The position numbers and the translations under genes are program-made. From Stegostoma tigrinum (taxonomy: Eukaryota), in assembly GCF_030684315.1 (NCBI RefSeq), contig NC_081356.1, positions 78,414,835-78,478,834 of the forward strand: a DNA stretch of 64,000 nt, in the 5' to 3' direction. Below are positions 51,411-63,619 of this stretch, in pieces. How positions within the stretch are numbered: the stretch's first letter is position 1; the number at the start of each line of letters is the position of its first letter. A model generated the notes under the pieces. It saw only the letters and a list, made by a program, of their open reading frames with translations. It did not search any database and was not told where the DNA came from.

Positions 51411-51499
51411 ACAGAATAAGAGTCCAGTCTGCTAGTATCCTCTCTCACTTTTCTCTCTCACTCTTGCAGTCTTAAGGCCCCTCACCACATGATCACCAA

Positions 51500-51707
51500 T
51501 AAGCAACAGAAGTGGGACCCTCAACCCCAGGATGTGAGCTGAAGATTAAGGGGATAATTGAGTCCCCACATCAAGGCCAGACTTGGTTGGAGGTGGGGGT
51601 GTGGGATGTGCATGACCCAATGACCCAGCTTGAATAAAGACTGCCATGTGCCTGAATTCTTCCTGCCTCCTGAGTCTTTGTCCTTGTTCAGTGGTTTCAC
51701 TCCTACA
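51500..51707 (+). repeat. ERV 3' LTR remnant (R/U5 only)
   Basis: 'tgagctgaagattaaggga' also at 46339; AATAAA at 51633; ends CTACA. Confidence 0.8.
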
Positions 51708-53206
51708 GTTGTCCTTTTAAGACAGAAGTTTTTTTTTGTTAGCAGTTTAGAGGAATTTGGAACTCTGTCTCAGAAGGCCTGGATATGGAGTTATTGATTA
51801 TCTTTAAAGCAGAGATAGATTCACATTAGGCAAGGGATCGGCAGGGGATGAGAAAGTGGAATTCAAAACTTAAACAGCTCACTAATGTTCATATTGACTG
51901 GCAGGAGGGATAAATGGCATTTTTCTGCTCTTAAATGTCATGTTTACATCTTCCTGAAAGTTCAAAAGTGAAGTGTCATACCTAGGTCGTCAGGATTGCC
52001 ACATCTTTTTCCCTCAGGTTTACTCATGATGTTTTTAATATATGCTAATACAAGGTAACAAAATTTGGACATGTAGTAGAAATCTCTTGCATTTTTGAAA
52101 ATGAGAAAAATTGGCTTTTTTTCTGCCAAAGGCCACAAGCGGCAGTGACTTTTATGCTAAAAAGTTTACTATAATCACTGTTCATTTTTAAATATGTCAA
52201 AGGATAATTCCCAAATTATGGATCAAAAGAAGATGTCCAACAGAGATCAAGCAAAACCTTTACATGAATAATGTTTAGGATGAAGGATAAGTGAAGTGCC
52301 AAGAGCCAGAAAACTCAGACACATCAAAACTGACCCTAAAAGCATTTTTAAAAATTGTGAATGAAATGAGGGATAAGTTACCCCTGCAAATTCTGTAAGA
52401 AAAACATTTATTGCAATTTCCTTCATTCATTAATTTCATAGTTAAATGCTAAAAAAAATTCCATCCTAGACTTGGCATCATTTTTAAATTATTTATTGAC
52501 TTAGAAAAACCGCATGCTCAACTGTGAGCAACTATTGTTGAACTAACCTTATTTCCATCTCCCCATTCATGAAGGTTTTTAGCTAAATTAAAATTATAAT
52601 TAGCCCAGAGATCTCCTAATAATTTGCAGCATTTTCGGTGTTATTTCAGAATTCCAGCATTTGCAATGCTTTCCTCTTGAATATTGAAAGATTGCTTAAC
52701 CTTCAAGAAGTCAGAGCAAAATCCTGTCCCCATCTGTTACACATGCACTTTTCTTATCACAGTCGGTTGATCATGATAAAGAGCAGGAACTCGGCATCTT
52801 CACTGCAATCAATTTTACTGTTCATTCTGCTGCCTAAACTCAAATCAAATACTTCAGCACAGATTAGGGTTTAATTTGGGACCTTCCTAGTCTGCAAGGA
52901 TCAATGCAATGTGAGAACTGTATTCATGTAGTAGTGTCATATCGAGGTCAGAAATACACAAAACTAAAAACTCAAACATGGGTTGCCTGGTTGGTGTTTC
53001 TATGCAGTTATTCAATCAATAATCCGCAGCTATGGTTTCAGTAACAATTTCATTCCATCTAATTCCTGCAATGTTCAGCTCTCACATCATGTAGTAGTAG
53101 AAATGGACCAAAAGCATAAACATATTAAAACTTATTTCATGAATATACTTATTAAAGCAGATGTCCATATTATCACAAGAGTAACTAATGAGCATTCCTT
53201 CTGAGA

Positions 53207-53345
53207 TGTTCTGAGGAAGGGTTACCGGACCCAGAATATTAATTCTGTTTATTCCTTCAAAGATGCTGCCAGACCTGCTGAGCTTTTCCATCAACTTTGT
53301 TTTTGTTTCTGATTTACAGCATCTGGCGTTCTTTTGGTTTTATTC
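53207..53345 (+). mobile_element. PLE terminal fragment, decayed hammerhead
   Basis: Homologous to 27179-27312. Confidence 0.8.
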
Positions 53346-53758
53346 AAACTTTCCTTTTCATTCAATTAGGTTGCAATGAAATGTTCATTCATCCAAATTC
53401 TGTTGTGCTGTTCACTGCACTAACACAACACACGTGGCATTAACATTTTACTCTCTCTGCAGCCAATTCTAATGTTCAGTAAAAGGTTATTTGTACTGCA
53501 TTGGCTCAAAGTGCAACCTCTGGTTGTAGGAAATGTAAGATGAATAATCATATGCTCAAATGACATTGCTGTCAATCATGCAAGCAAGATTAGGGATTGA
53601 AATTGCATTATGTGAATGGGAGACAGAAGCATGTACAACAGAAAGATGAACGATTTGGACTAATTAACGACCAATGACTAGAGTTGCTCAAACAGTATTG
53701 TTACTCTACTTTAATTATCACTGCAATTGAGGCTATCCACTTTGAACTTAAGTAATAC

Positions 53759-54637
53759 CTCAGGAGCACAAAAGCTGACGTTTCGGGCCTAGACCCTTCA
53801 TCAGAGAGGGGGATGGGGTGAGGGTTCTGGAATAAATAGGGAGAGAGGGGGAGGCGGGCCAAAGATGGAGAGAAAAGAAGATAGGTGGAGAGAGTACAGG
53901 TGGGGAGGTAGGGAGGGGATAGGTCAGTCCAGGGAAGGCGGACAGGTCAAGGAGGTGGGATGAGGTTAGTAGGTAGGAGATGGGGGTGCGGCTTGGGGTG
54001 GGAGGAAGGGATGGGTGAGAGGAAGAACAGGTTAGGGAGGCAGAGACAGGTTGGACTGGTTTTGGGATGCAGTGGGTGGAGGGGAAGAGCTGGGCTGGTT
54101 GTGTGGTGCAGTGTGGGGTGGAGGGGGGGGGACTTCACCAGCTTCAAAATCTCCCCTTCCCCCACTGCATCCCTAAACCAGCCCAGTTCGTCCCCTCCCC
54201 CCACTGCACCACACAACCAGCCCAGCTCTTCCCCTCCACCCACTGCATCCCAAAACCAGTCCAACCTGTCTCTGCCTCCCTAACCTGTTCTTCCTCTCAC
54301 CCATCCCTTCCTCCCACCCCAAGCCGCACCCCCATCTCCTACCTACTAACCTCATCCCACCTCCTTGACCTGTCCGTCTTCCCTGGACTGACCTATCCCC
54401 TCCCTACCTCCCCACCTGTACTCTCTCCACCTATCTTCTTTTCTCTCCATCTTTGGTCCGCCTCCCCCTCTCTCCCTATTTATTCCAGAACCCTCACCCC
54501 ATCCCCCTCTCTGATGAAGGGTCTAGGCCCAAAACATCAGCTTTTGTGCTCCTGAGATGCTGCTGGGCCTGCTGTGTTCATCCAGCCTCACATTTTATGA
54601 TCTTGGATTCTCCAGCATCTGTAGTTCCCATTATCTC
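53759..54637. mobile_element. Head-to-head inverted PLE pLTR pair with 14-bp TSD
   Basis: Minus arm 53759-~54130, plus arm 54130-54637; TTGAACTTAAGTAA (53742) and TTGAACCTAAGTAA (54638); intact hammerhead core at 53777-53804 (-). Confidence 0.9.
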
Positions 54638-54879
54638 TTGAACCTAAGTAAGGTGGCTCAAAGTATTTTCTAAATGGTGTGAAGATAGTAACTGTTGATG
54701 TGTCGAGGTTAAGGAGTCTAAGCAATGTTCCCTCATGACTATACATCAACCCAAGCATCCCTACACAGTCACTACACTGGTCAGCTCCATAAAATTGATA
54801 TGTGTGTGCAGCCTAACAAAAACAAAATTGAGAAGCCACCAGCACACTCAAAGAAATTACAGGGAATGTTGAATCAAAA

Positions 54880-55530
54880 TACAGAATGGATTTGTGGATA
54901 TTGCAAGTTATAATTAAAAGGAACTACTGGAATGTGCCCTGTATTCCAAAGGGACTGGAGGACTAAAAAATATTAAGTTATGCCACAGCTAATCAGGCTA
55001 CAACTGGAGTACTGCATTCAATCTGGGCACCACCTCAGGAAACAAGTTTGTCTTGAAGAGGGTGCTTTGTTCATTCACTAGACAATACGGGATCTAAACG
55101 GATTATATTTACAGAGTTGTATAGGTAAGGCATGGCTGCCTTGGGCACTGAAGGTAGGGTTAATGTAACTGAGATATTTAATGTGATTAAAACATTTGAC
55201 AAAGTAAATGGGGAAAAACATTTTTTCTGGTGAAAGAACACAGAACATTGATGCATGACCTTAAAATTAGAGCTAGTTTTTTCAGGGACTATGACAAAAA
55301 GGATCCATTCACCTAAAAATGATAGTGGATTATCTTCCCATAAATTTGTTGATGTAAAGTCAATTGATAATTTCAAAACAGAGATTGATATATATTCATA
55401 GGCCAAGGATATTAAAGATTGCAGAACCGAAACATGTAAATCAGTTTAGGATACAAATCAGTCATGCTCTGATTGAATGGTGGAAAAGGCTCAAAAGACC
55501 AAATGACCTATTCCTGTTCCTATATTTTTT
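54880..55530 (+). mobile_element. CR1 LINE 3' part
   Basis: 'ctggagtactgcattcaatctgggcacc...aatcagtcatgctctgattgaatggtgg...cctattcctgttcctat'. Confidence 0.8.
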
Positions 55531-55789
55531 GAAAGAACCAATTCCTTTGTGATAAGCAAGAGAATATATTCTAAAAGCTGTCAAAGACAAAGGTATAGTT
55601 TAATTTGAAATTATATATATACACAGGGTAAATTAAACTACTGCAACGGTTAATTCTCTTCAGTAAGCATAATTGTAAGTCTAATGCAATTCACCATTGC
55701 AATTAATCTTATGTTCAGTTATAAAACTTCATAAATGGAATTCATGAAAATATAATCTAAATTTCACTTTTATTTCATTTTAAATGACA

Positions 55790-56428
55790 TACATCCAAAT
55801 ATGCTTCACAAAAAAAGAGTAAAAATTGAACATCATTCCTGACTTCAAAGGGATTACCAATGCAGATTATGAGGAGACATTAACTGTGCTAGAAGAAGGA
55901 AAGGGACAGGTTTGGGGATAGAATTTCAGAATGTAGAGCCATGATAGTTAAAAGCCCGATTAATAATGATGGGTCAGTGTGAATAGAAATCCCAAGCAGC
56001 ATGGTGAGCGTGAGCCGGTATGCAAGGCGAGCGTGAGCCGGTATGCAAGGCTGGAATAAAATGACAGAACAGGGAAGGAATGAGTTGTGATGGCAGTTGA
56101 TGAAAAGGACCAAAATCTTAAAATTGATGCAGAGGGTAAAGGGCAATCAGTGAAGCCAATTGGGATGATATGATTGATGAGGGCAACTTTGTACAGAATA
56201 GAGAATAGATAGCAGAGTTATGGATACGTTAGTGTTTATGGAGTGATTGATGCAGCATCAGATTTAGAATGCTGACAAATAAGAGAGCTTGGATGGCAAT
56301 ACAGTACATGGATATGGGTTTTTTGGTAAGGGTTGTAGAGGAGATTGAGATAGGCAATATTACAGAGATAGAAAGTAAATGGTTTTGCTGATGAAAATTG
56401 TAAAATCCTGAGACTATGCACTATCACC
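55790..56428 (-). mobile_element. Old L2-like LINE fragment containing a perfect 23-bp tandem duplication (56006-56051)
   Basis: Purine-rich antisense L2-type text ('ggatagaatttcaga', 'gataggcaatattacagagatagaaagtaa'); GAGCGTGAGCCGGTATGCAAGGC x2. Confidence 0.55.
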
Positions 56429-56434
56429 GGGGAG

Positions 56435-56825
56435 GTGATAATTTAGTGGTATTTCCATTTGACCAGTAGTCCAGAGACCAAGGTAATTTTCTGGGGACTT
56501 GGTTTCAAGATCAATGAAAATCTAGAATTCAAGTCAAATGATGACTATTGTCAATTGTTGCAAACATCTACCTGGTACACTCATGACCTTTAGGGAAGGA
56601 AACCACCATCTGGCTTACATGTGACTCCAAAGCCACAGCAATTTAGTTAACACTGAAGTGCCTCCTGAAAAGGCCAATAAACTACTCAGATGTATCAACA
56701 GCAACCACATGGGCTATAGAGGTTCAAGACCTCAGCTCACCATCAGATCCCGAAGGGAAATTGGGCATACACAATAAACACAGGCCTAGCCAGAAATCCT
56801 TTCATCCCATGAGTGAATAAAAATC
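56435..56825 (+). mobile_element. tRNA-derived SINE (second family)
   Basis: 'tagtggtatt...tccagagaccaagg...tttagggaagga...catcccatgagtgaataaaaa'. Confidence 0.75.
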
Positions 56826-59800
56826 TGGTTTAGACTCAGCAGGTATCTGGAAAGGAAGATTAAATCACTGATAGGGACGGAGTTTCTGCTAAGAAGCAAA
56901 CAAGACAAATTGAATCTTGCAAGTATGTTGGAGGAAGCTCTGACTCATCCTTAAAATAGTTTTCCAAAGGAGAGCATTCATGAAGTTGAGGCTTGTGATT
57001 AGAGGCAAGTAGCGATAAATTAATCGCACCATGCTGTATGGGATGAACATGAAAGAAATCATTTACTTGTAACCCATGACCATTAATAATTAGCAGCTCA
57101 CCGTCAACAGTAAACAATCTTCTTGAAACATGGATTATCACTTTTAAAAGCAAACGGTAAAAAACAGAAATACATTTGTTCAGCTAAGAGTTAATTTTTT
57201 TTGTAAGACCTGAATTTTCTTACATTTTCTGATAATGGGTTCACTTGGGAAATATAATGCAACACTGGAAGGAAGGCTTCTTCGTGTAGCTCCTGCATGA
57301 AGGTATAATACCAAATAAGTGCTTTGATTGTTCTTTGTGTCACGTACCTGTCAAAATGTCAAGTAGTTAAAACCAGTAACATTTGGAATATAAGGTTCTC
57401 ACAACGGGCTGCAGGAATGATTTCATTTCACAAAGAATGATAGAAAACCTTCAATTTTTAAAAATCTATTGACCCTATTTTCATAATGTTTCCCAAAAAT
57501 AATTTCTCCAGTAGAATGCAAATCCATTCAGGATGAATATAGAAATTAATTCCTAAGAAACAAACTGCAGTCAAAAGCAAAGCAAAGACGGTGGATGATG
57601 AAAATACGAAGGAAAGACAGGAAATGCTTCTTAAGACCAATCTAAATCTTCAGTTCTTCTGTCACCTCTGCAGACACAGCTCAACCTATTGAGTATGTTC
57701 AATATTTTTTGACTGTTTCTGCAATTCTGCACAGCCATGGCCCCATCAAGAAACACAGTTGTGGTTTTTAAAGATTATCAATTTGATGTTATACAGATCC
57801 ACAAACACAATGAGGACAAAGATGATTCACTTTGTAATCTGTGCAGCATGAAGTTCACAGACACCTAACTGAGCATTCCCTACTACTCCAAGTGATATAA
57901 AGGGATACCTATCACGTTTAGACATAGCAATATTTCAAACAAGTGACATTAGTAAATCACTGCTGAACAAAACAAGCAGACAGAAGATAGCAAATAATTC
58001 TGTCTCTTTTTTTGGAAAATAACACCATTTTTAGCGTGATTCAGCTTATCTTTAATTGATGAAAGTTCTATGCCAGCAGGCCTCTGAGATTGAGATGAAG
58101 GTCTGATGTTAAGCCAGCATTTTCTGACTTTTGACAAATTGTTGAGTTTTGGCAACACGTCCAAGACTTTTTGATGCAGAGATTTGTTAATATATTGAAT
58201 ACTCGATGAGAAACAATAGGGGAAACAGAATTTCAGAAACCAGAGTATTTTGTTTGAGTCTTGTGTGAAAAAATATAATGTCGACATGTATGAAGCACCA
58301 ATTACCCATTTCAGATATGGTTGGTGACATCCTCTTGTAGAGTCCCAGGTTCCACAAGTGGTGATTCAACTAAAATGCATGAAAGAAGTGAGGCAGTAAT
58401 AAAGCGGATCTTTGGCATTCCAAAACAATAGCGGCACCTTCAATGACAAAGTCAAATATGACACCGAACATATTAGAGGTCAGCCCTTCTGCTCAGTGTG
58501 TGATCAGGTTTTTCATTCACAATCACATGGTTTTCAGGTTTGTGTTTTTGTGTGCAAGTTGTTGAAAGGCTACTATGGTAAATCATATAGGGCAGGCAGA
58601 CAGAAAACTCTTGTTTCACGTGGCGAGAATTAGCGGGCTCAAAAGTTCAGGCTCCATATTTCAAGGCCATCTCCAGAAAATCCAGAAATTCCCTTACCGA
58701 CTGAAAGCTTGCAGCATCACTGAGGGTATGTTAGTCATCTAGAAGCCAAACTTCACCAGCACACCAAACACCCCAGCACCCAACAACTCTCCTCCTAATG
58801 TGGTTCCACAGGCAGTGAGGAGAATCTACATCCATAGTCTCGGACACTTGGATTGTTGGAGACCGGGCACCTGCTGAACTCTGTACAAATGATGTGCCTC
58901 TGTACTTGTCCAGAATGACAGTGAAAATATAGAGACAGGCAGGAGGATATTAGGCAGAGGCGCCAGAAGCTATCAGTAAACTCGAGTGACTCACGGAGGA
59001 AATAAATCAAGTTCTGTCCACCGCAATGGCTCAGCATGCTAGTACTTGAATAAGGGACCTTGAAGATTCAGGTCCAGCAGAACACTCTTTGGTTACCGGA
59101 TATGCACTGGGACCTGCACTCCATCATTGTCAACAACTCAATCTCCCTCCAGGTGTCCCTTTTCCTTAAGGAGTCAGGGAAGTGCCAACCAGAGGTAGAC
59201 ATCGCAGAGTTTCATTTCTGGTACCGTGCCCCTCCTCTCCCACTGCCAGTGATTTCAGCACCTCCAGTAGGTCACAGTGAAAAGGGTGTACGTGCGCCCG
59301 TGCAAAAGACCTGATGCAGGCCAGAGCCATCAAGGCATGAATCCCTCACAATAAGCCAGGCTAATGCATTGCAGTCAGCAAGCTGGCTCCATTTCAGTTT
59401 GAGGCTGCATTAAGGCCTAGAATAGACACATTAAGTAAAAGACCTTTGAGGGCACATGGGTGGCATAAGTGTACATTCAATGTACTGTATCTGCACTACT
59501 GTAAATATGCCTTCACCACCACTGCATCGGACAGCACTTAGTCTCCTTGCGTTGCTATCATACGGCTACAGTGAGAGGAGTGAGGCATCCTCCTCCAACA
59601 GGATGTGGTGCTGATTTCACAGATAGTGGCATATGAGAATTCAGCAATGTAGGCCTAGATTTGCCACATGGCAGTCACCACAGACTCAAGAGCCAGTCCA
59701 TATGAATAATTTTATAATGTGACCAAGCTCCCATCAGTATAAAGAGAAAAATATTTCCCCTGCCTGGGGCCTCTGCGTAGCAAAGCAAATTGTTCCCAGA

Positions 59801-60100
59801 ATAAGAAGATGTGGGCAATACACAACTGAGATGTGGCAGACTTTATTGTCTCAGGGGAATGAGCAGGTATGGAATTGTCCTGCCCTTAGGCTATAGAAGT
59901 TGCTAGGAAGCTTAGTTAGTGTAATAGTAGAGTCAAGGGAGCTCTCCAGGGTTGTAAGGATAGCCAGGGCACAAATTGACTAGTCACTTCAGCCAGATAT
60001 ACGACAGCTGTTCCAAGGTCCATTAGCCTTGATGTGGCTCCTGTTTGTTATCTCCAATAATTCTTAGAAACTTCCTGGAAGGGTACATTTGGCATATGGC

Positions 60101-60237
60101 AGTTCTGAGGAAGGGTCACCAGGCCCAAAAAGTTAACACTGTTTCCTCCTTCACAGATGTTGCCAGACCCGCTGAGCTTTTCCAGCAACTTTGTTTTGGT
60201 TACTGATTTATAGCATCCGCAGTTCTTTCGGTTTTTA
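60101..60237 (+). mobile_element. PLE terminal fragment, mutated hammerhead
   Basis: 'agttctgaggaagggtcaccaggcccaaaaagttaacac...'; homologous to 27179. Confidence 0.8.
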
Positions 60238-60242
60238 TGTGG

Positions 60243-60950
60243 TATGGTGACTTGTGAGAAGACGTATCAAAGTAAAGCAGCACATGACATTCAAGCTCGT
60301 GGGCACAAGAGCTTCTTTTTGGATTGTTCAGGGCAACTTTGGAATACCAGAGCTTGTCCAAGTGGCCCACAGCAGTTTAAAGAATGCACAGATGCCCGAG
60401 GTGCCAGTCCATTCCAGAATATTCAGTGAGTAGCGAGATCTTATAGAGACAGCAAGTTGTTTAAATCAGGCTAGCATCAATCAAGAGTGGATCCATAAAG
60501 ACTTAAGTATATAGTGAGGCAAGTTTGGAATGTCACAGTGAGAACTCTCACCAGGCTTCATAGAGAGAATCTCAACAAAGTTAACAGTTAGCTAAAATAG
60601 CTTCAGATTCAGCTCAGATAGTCTGCAGACGGTGTGGATAGGTCATGTGTTTGGCAAAAAATGTGAGGTTATGCACTTTGGCAGGAAGAAAGAAAAGGAG
60701 CCACATATTATTTTAATGGAGAAAGACTGCAGAAAACTGCAACACAGGGAGATTTTGGGCTACTCACTGAATATTCTGGAATGGACTGGCACCTCGGGCG
60801 TCTGTGCATTCTTTAAACTGCTATGGGCCACTTGGACAACCTCTGGTATTCCAAAGTTGTCCTGAGCAATCCAAAAAGAAGCTCTTGTGCCCACGAGCTT
60901 GAATGCCATGTGCTGCTTTACTTTGATACGGCTTCTCACAAGTCACCATA
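60243..60950. repeat. ~192-bp inverted repeat (60243-60434 and 60759-60950)
   Basis: Arms are reverse complements with few mismatches; the right arm interrupts a CR1. Confidence 0.92.
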
Positions 60951-62015
60951 TCATTAATCACAAAAAGCTGGCTTCCAAATTTAGCAGCTAATAGGAAAAG
61001 CAGATTGAATATTAGCCTTTATTTCAAAAGGAATGGAGTATTAAAACAGAAAAGCCTTGCTAAAACTAACCAATGTACAAATTGGACCACACCTAGAATA
61101 TTGCAAACAGTTTTGATTACGTAATCGAAGGAAAGATATATTGGCCTTTGAACCAGTCTAGTTATCAGGTTGAACAAGGCATAGGAGGATTTTGTTATGA
61201 GGAGTGAGTAGCTAGGTTGAGCCTGTACTAGTTGAAGTTTAGAAGAATGAGAGGGAACATTATTGAAATAATGTAAGATTCTTAGTGGGCTTGACAGGGT
61301 AGATGCTGAGAATTTTTTTCTCCTGGTGGGAGAATCTAATACCAGAGGGCTTAAACTCCGAGACCAGTGTCAGTCACTTAAGACCAAGGTGAGAAGGAAT
61401 ATCTTTTCTCAGGAGTTTATGAATCTATGGTACTCTTCACCATGGAGTGGAGAGATCAGGGGAAGAGTTGAGGCTGGGTCATCAGATAAATTCTGCAACT
61501 GACAAATGTTTAATCAGTAAGGGTATCAAGGGTTAAGGGATAAGATAGGAATGTGAACATGCGATTTCTCGGATCAGCCATGATCCTTTCTAACAGCAAA
61601 ACAAACTTAGAGTCATAGAGATACACAGCACAGAAAGAAACCCTCTATACCGACCGGATATCTGAAATAAATCTAATCCCATTTGCCAGCATTTGACCTA
61701 TATCCCCCTAAACCTAACCCTATTGCACGTATCTATTCAGCCGCCCTTTAAATGTCATAATTGTACCAGTATCCACTACATCCCCTAGAACTCATTCCAT
61801 ACACAAACCACCCGCTGTGAAAAAGTTGCCCCTCAGGTCCTTTTTAAATCCTTCCCCTCTCACTTTAAACATGTGCCCTCTAGTTTTGGACTCCTCCATC
61901 CCATCCATGCCTCTCATGATTTTACAAAGTCACCCCTCAGCTTCCGACGCTCCAGGAAAATAATCCCAGTCTATTTGATGGGCTGAATGGCTTCCTTCTA
62001 CTCTTGTGATCTTGT
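60625..62015 (+). mobile_element. CR1 LINE 3' part, interrupted at 60759-60950 and by an antisense CR1 tail at 61609-61975
   Basis: KKCEVMHFGRK; RPHLEYCKQF; 'ggatcagccatgatc'; tail resumes 'gatgggctgaatggc' at ~61978. Confidence 0.85.
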
Positions 62016-62399
62016 ACACTTTGTATTCAACTTCAAGACGTTTGCTCTCCCCGAGATATTCAAGACAATTAAGTGACTGGATGAGTTATACTTGACGTCC
62101 ACAAAGGGCTCTAAAGTGCTGCTGTGATTGATTAGGCAGGTTTCTATAATATCAACATCTTATCTTGTTGTAGCTTGCTGTACCTGCAGAATTTTATATT
62201 CTAAAACATCATGAGGCAACTGGACAGCCTTTAATCCAGTTCATATCATAAAAGTTGATAACACTTCAGCGCCTATGTCATTTACTCCTTATTAATACTA
62301 GAACATGACTAAATTACAATTTTTCCCTTTATTGCTATCAGTTCCAGACTGATCATTAGTAAATTTCATGCTTCAGTGATATGTTAGAAATTACGTTTC

Positions 62400-62856
62400 T
62401 GTGGAGCCCTTAATCTGTACCACTCCAGGTCATGTGTGGCAATTCAAGTCACCAGAGGATCAGGGCTACTTTCTCTTTCGAGAGAGATGACTAGTGGTGG
62501 CTAGACTGAGGGTCATTACAGATTAGGCAAGGGGTGAGATTGATAAAATGATTGATGATTGTAATGAGTTTAGCCAGGTGGACCTCATAGGATATAAGTT
62601 TTTCCTCAGTTCCTCCCCAATCAAGGAGCCCTGGCTGACAGGAGTGTCAGAGGTTCACTTTGAAAGCTGCCTCTGAAGAATCTGAGACAGCGCCAAGTAC
62701 TCTCCATGTTTAAATAAAATGGTGACTTGGTACTGGAATACTGGCCTCTCTGGAGTTATTTCAGGTGAGACCTTCACCCCAGCTGGCGTAGGAATTGAAC
62801 CCACAGTGTTAACATCATAAACCAGCCATCCTGCCAACTGTGCTAACCAACCCCCA
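62400..62856 (-). mobile_element. tRNA-derived SINE split by a short LTR
   Basis: Antisense head 'ggttagcacagttggcagg...gggttcaattcc'; body continues at 62400-62545. Confidence 0.6.
62560..62763 (+). mobile_element. Short solo LTR (family of 22814-23043)
   Basis: TG...CA ends, CCAATC, AATAAA at 62713; homologous to the earlier copy. Confidence 0.7.
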
Positions 62857-63619
62857 CATTATTGGAATGCCGAAAGACAAATTTAATTGCTCAGATTGTT
62901 ATAGGCATTGGGTGAAATTAATAGCCTAAGTAACTACACAGAGATATTAATATGCATCTCCATTTGACAGGAAGGAGCATTAAAAAGGATAGTGTTGTAA
63001 AGGAAGTTAGGCTGAATATTGAACTGTGATTCTCTTCAAAATGAGGAAATTCAAGTTAACAAATTCACTATTACATTCCCAAACTGATCTTAAGTTTACA
63101 GTCCTACCTGGAAGGTCAGGATCAGTAACAAGGAGGCAGTAATTGCTGCTTGTATAGTAATCATAAGAGACCTAGGATGACTGCTGGATCCCAGGCCAGT
63201 GGCAAATAATACAAGAGGATGTAATGTGGTTCATTGGGGAAAGGGTATGCGAGAGGTTGGCAGCAGGTGCAGGGCTGTCTCTCAACAGATCCGCCTTTCC
63301 AATGACACTGTTTGTCAGGGAGCCCTAAAGCAACCTCAACAGAACTTGTAAGTTATGCCCCTCTGGTGTCGAGGCTCTCACCCACCACTGGGTTAATAAC
63401 CAGGAAAATGTTCATTCAGCATGTTCCTGCTACATGTCCTCAGCAACCCCTAGCTCACTCAGGCTGAAATAATGCACGGTCAGAACCAAGTAATGACACC
63501 AGATGTAAAATTCAGACCCTTCGGTGTACTGGCATTGAATTCCTGTCGTCAGCTCATCAACAACAATGAAGGTGAATCTTAAACATGCATTCATAATGAA
63601 ATGAGGGAAAGGAAAAGAG

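Larger units (their letters stand above)
45225..51707 (+). mobile_element. Degenerate endogenous retrovirus (class III / snakehead-retrovirus-like candidate)
   Basis: Two homologous LTR ends ('agtctttgtcctt..ggtttcact.ctaca' at 46441-46475 and 51673-51707), PBS, retroviral pol remnants, TSD GTTAT/GTTGT. Confidence 0.88.

Noticed and set aside
22814-62763. The two similar short LTRs as ends of one giant element
   Set aside because: 40 kb apart, clearly diverged, no shared TSD; one sits inside a SINE, so they are independent insertions
63454-63571. AG/GT-bounded open segment (LTQAEIMHGQ...NNNE) as a coding exon
   Set aside because: Weak splice sites, unrecognised peptide and no partner exons; expected by chance in 64 kb
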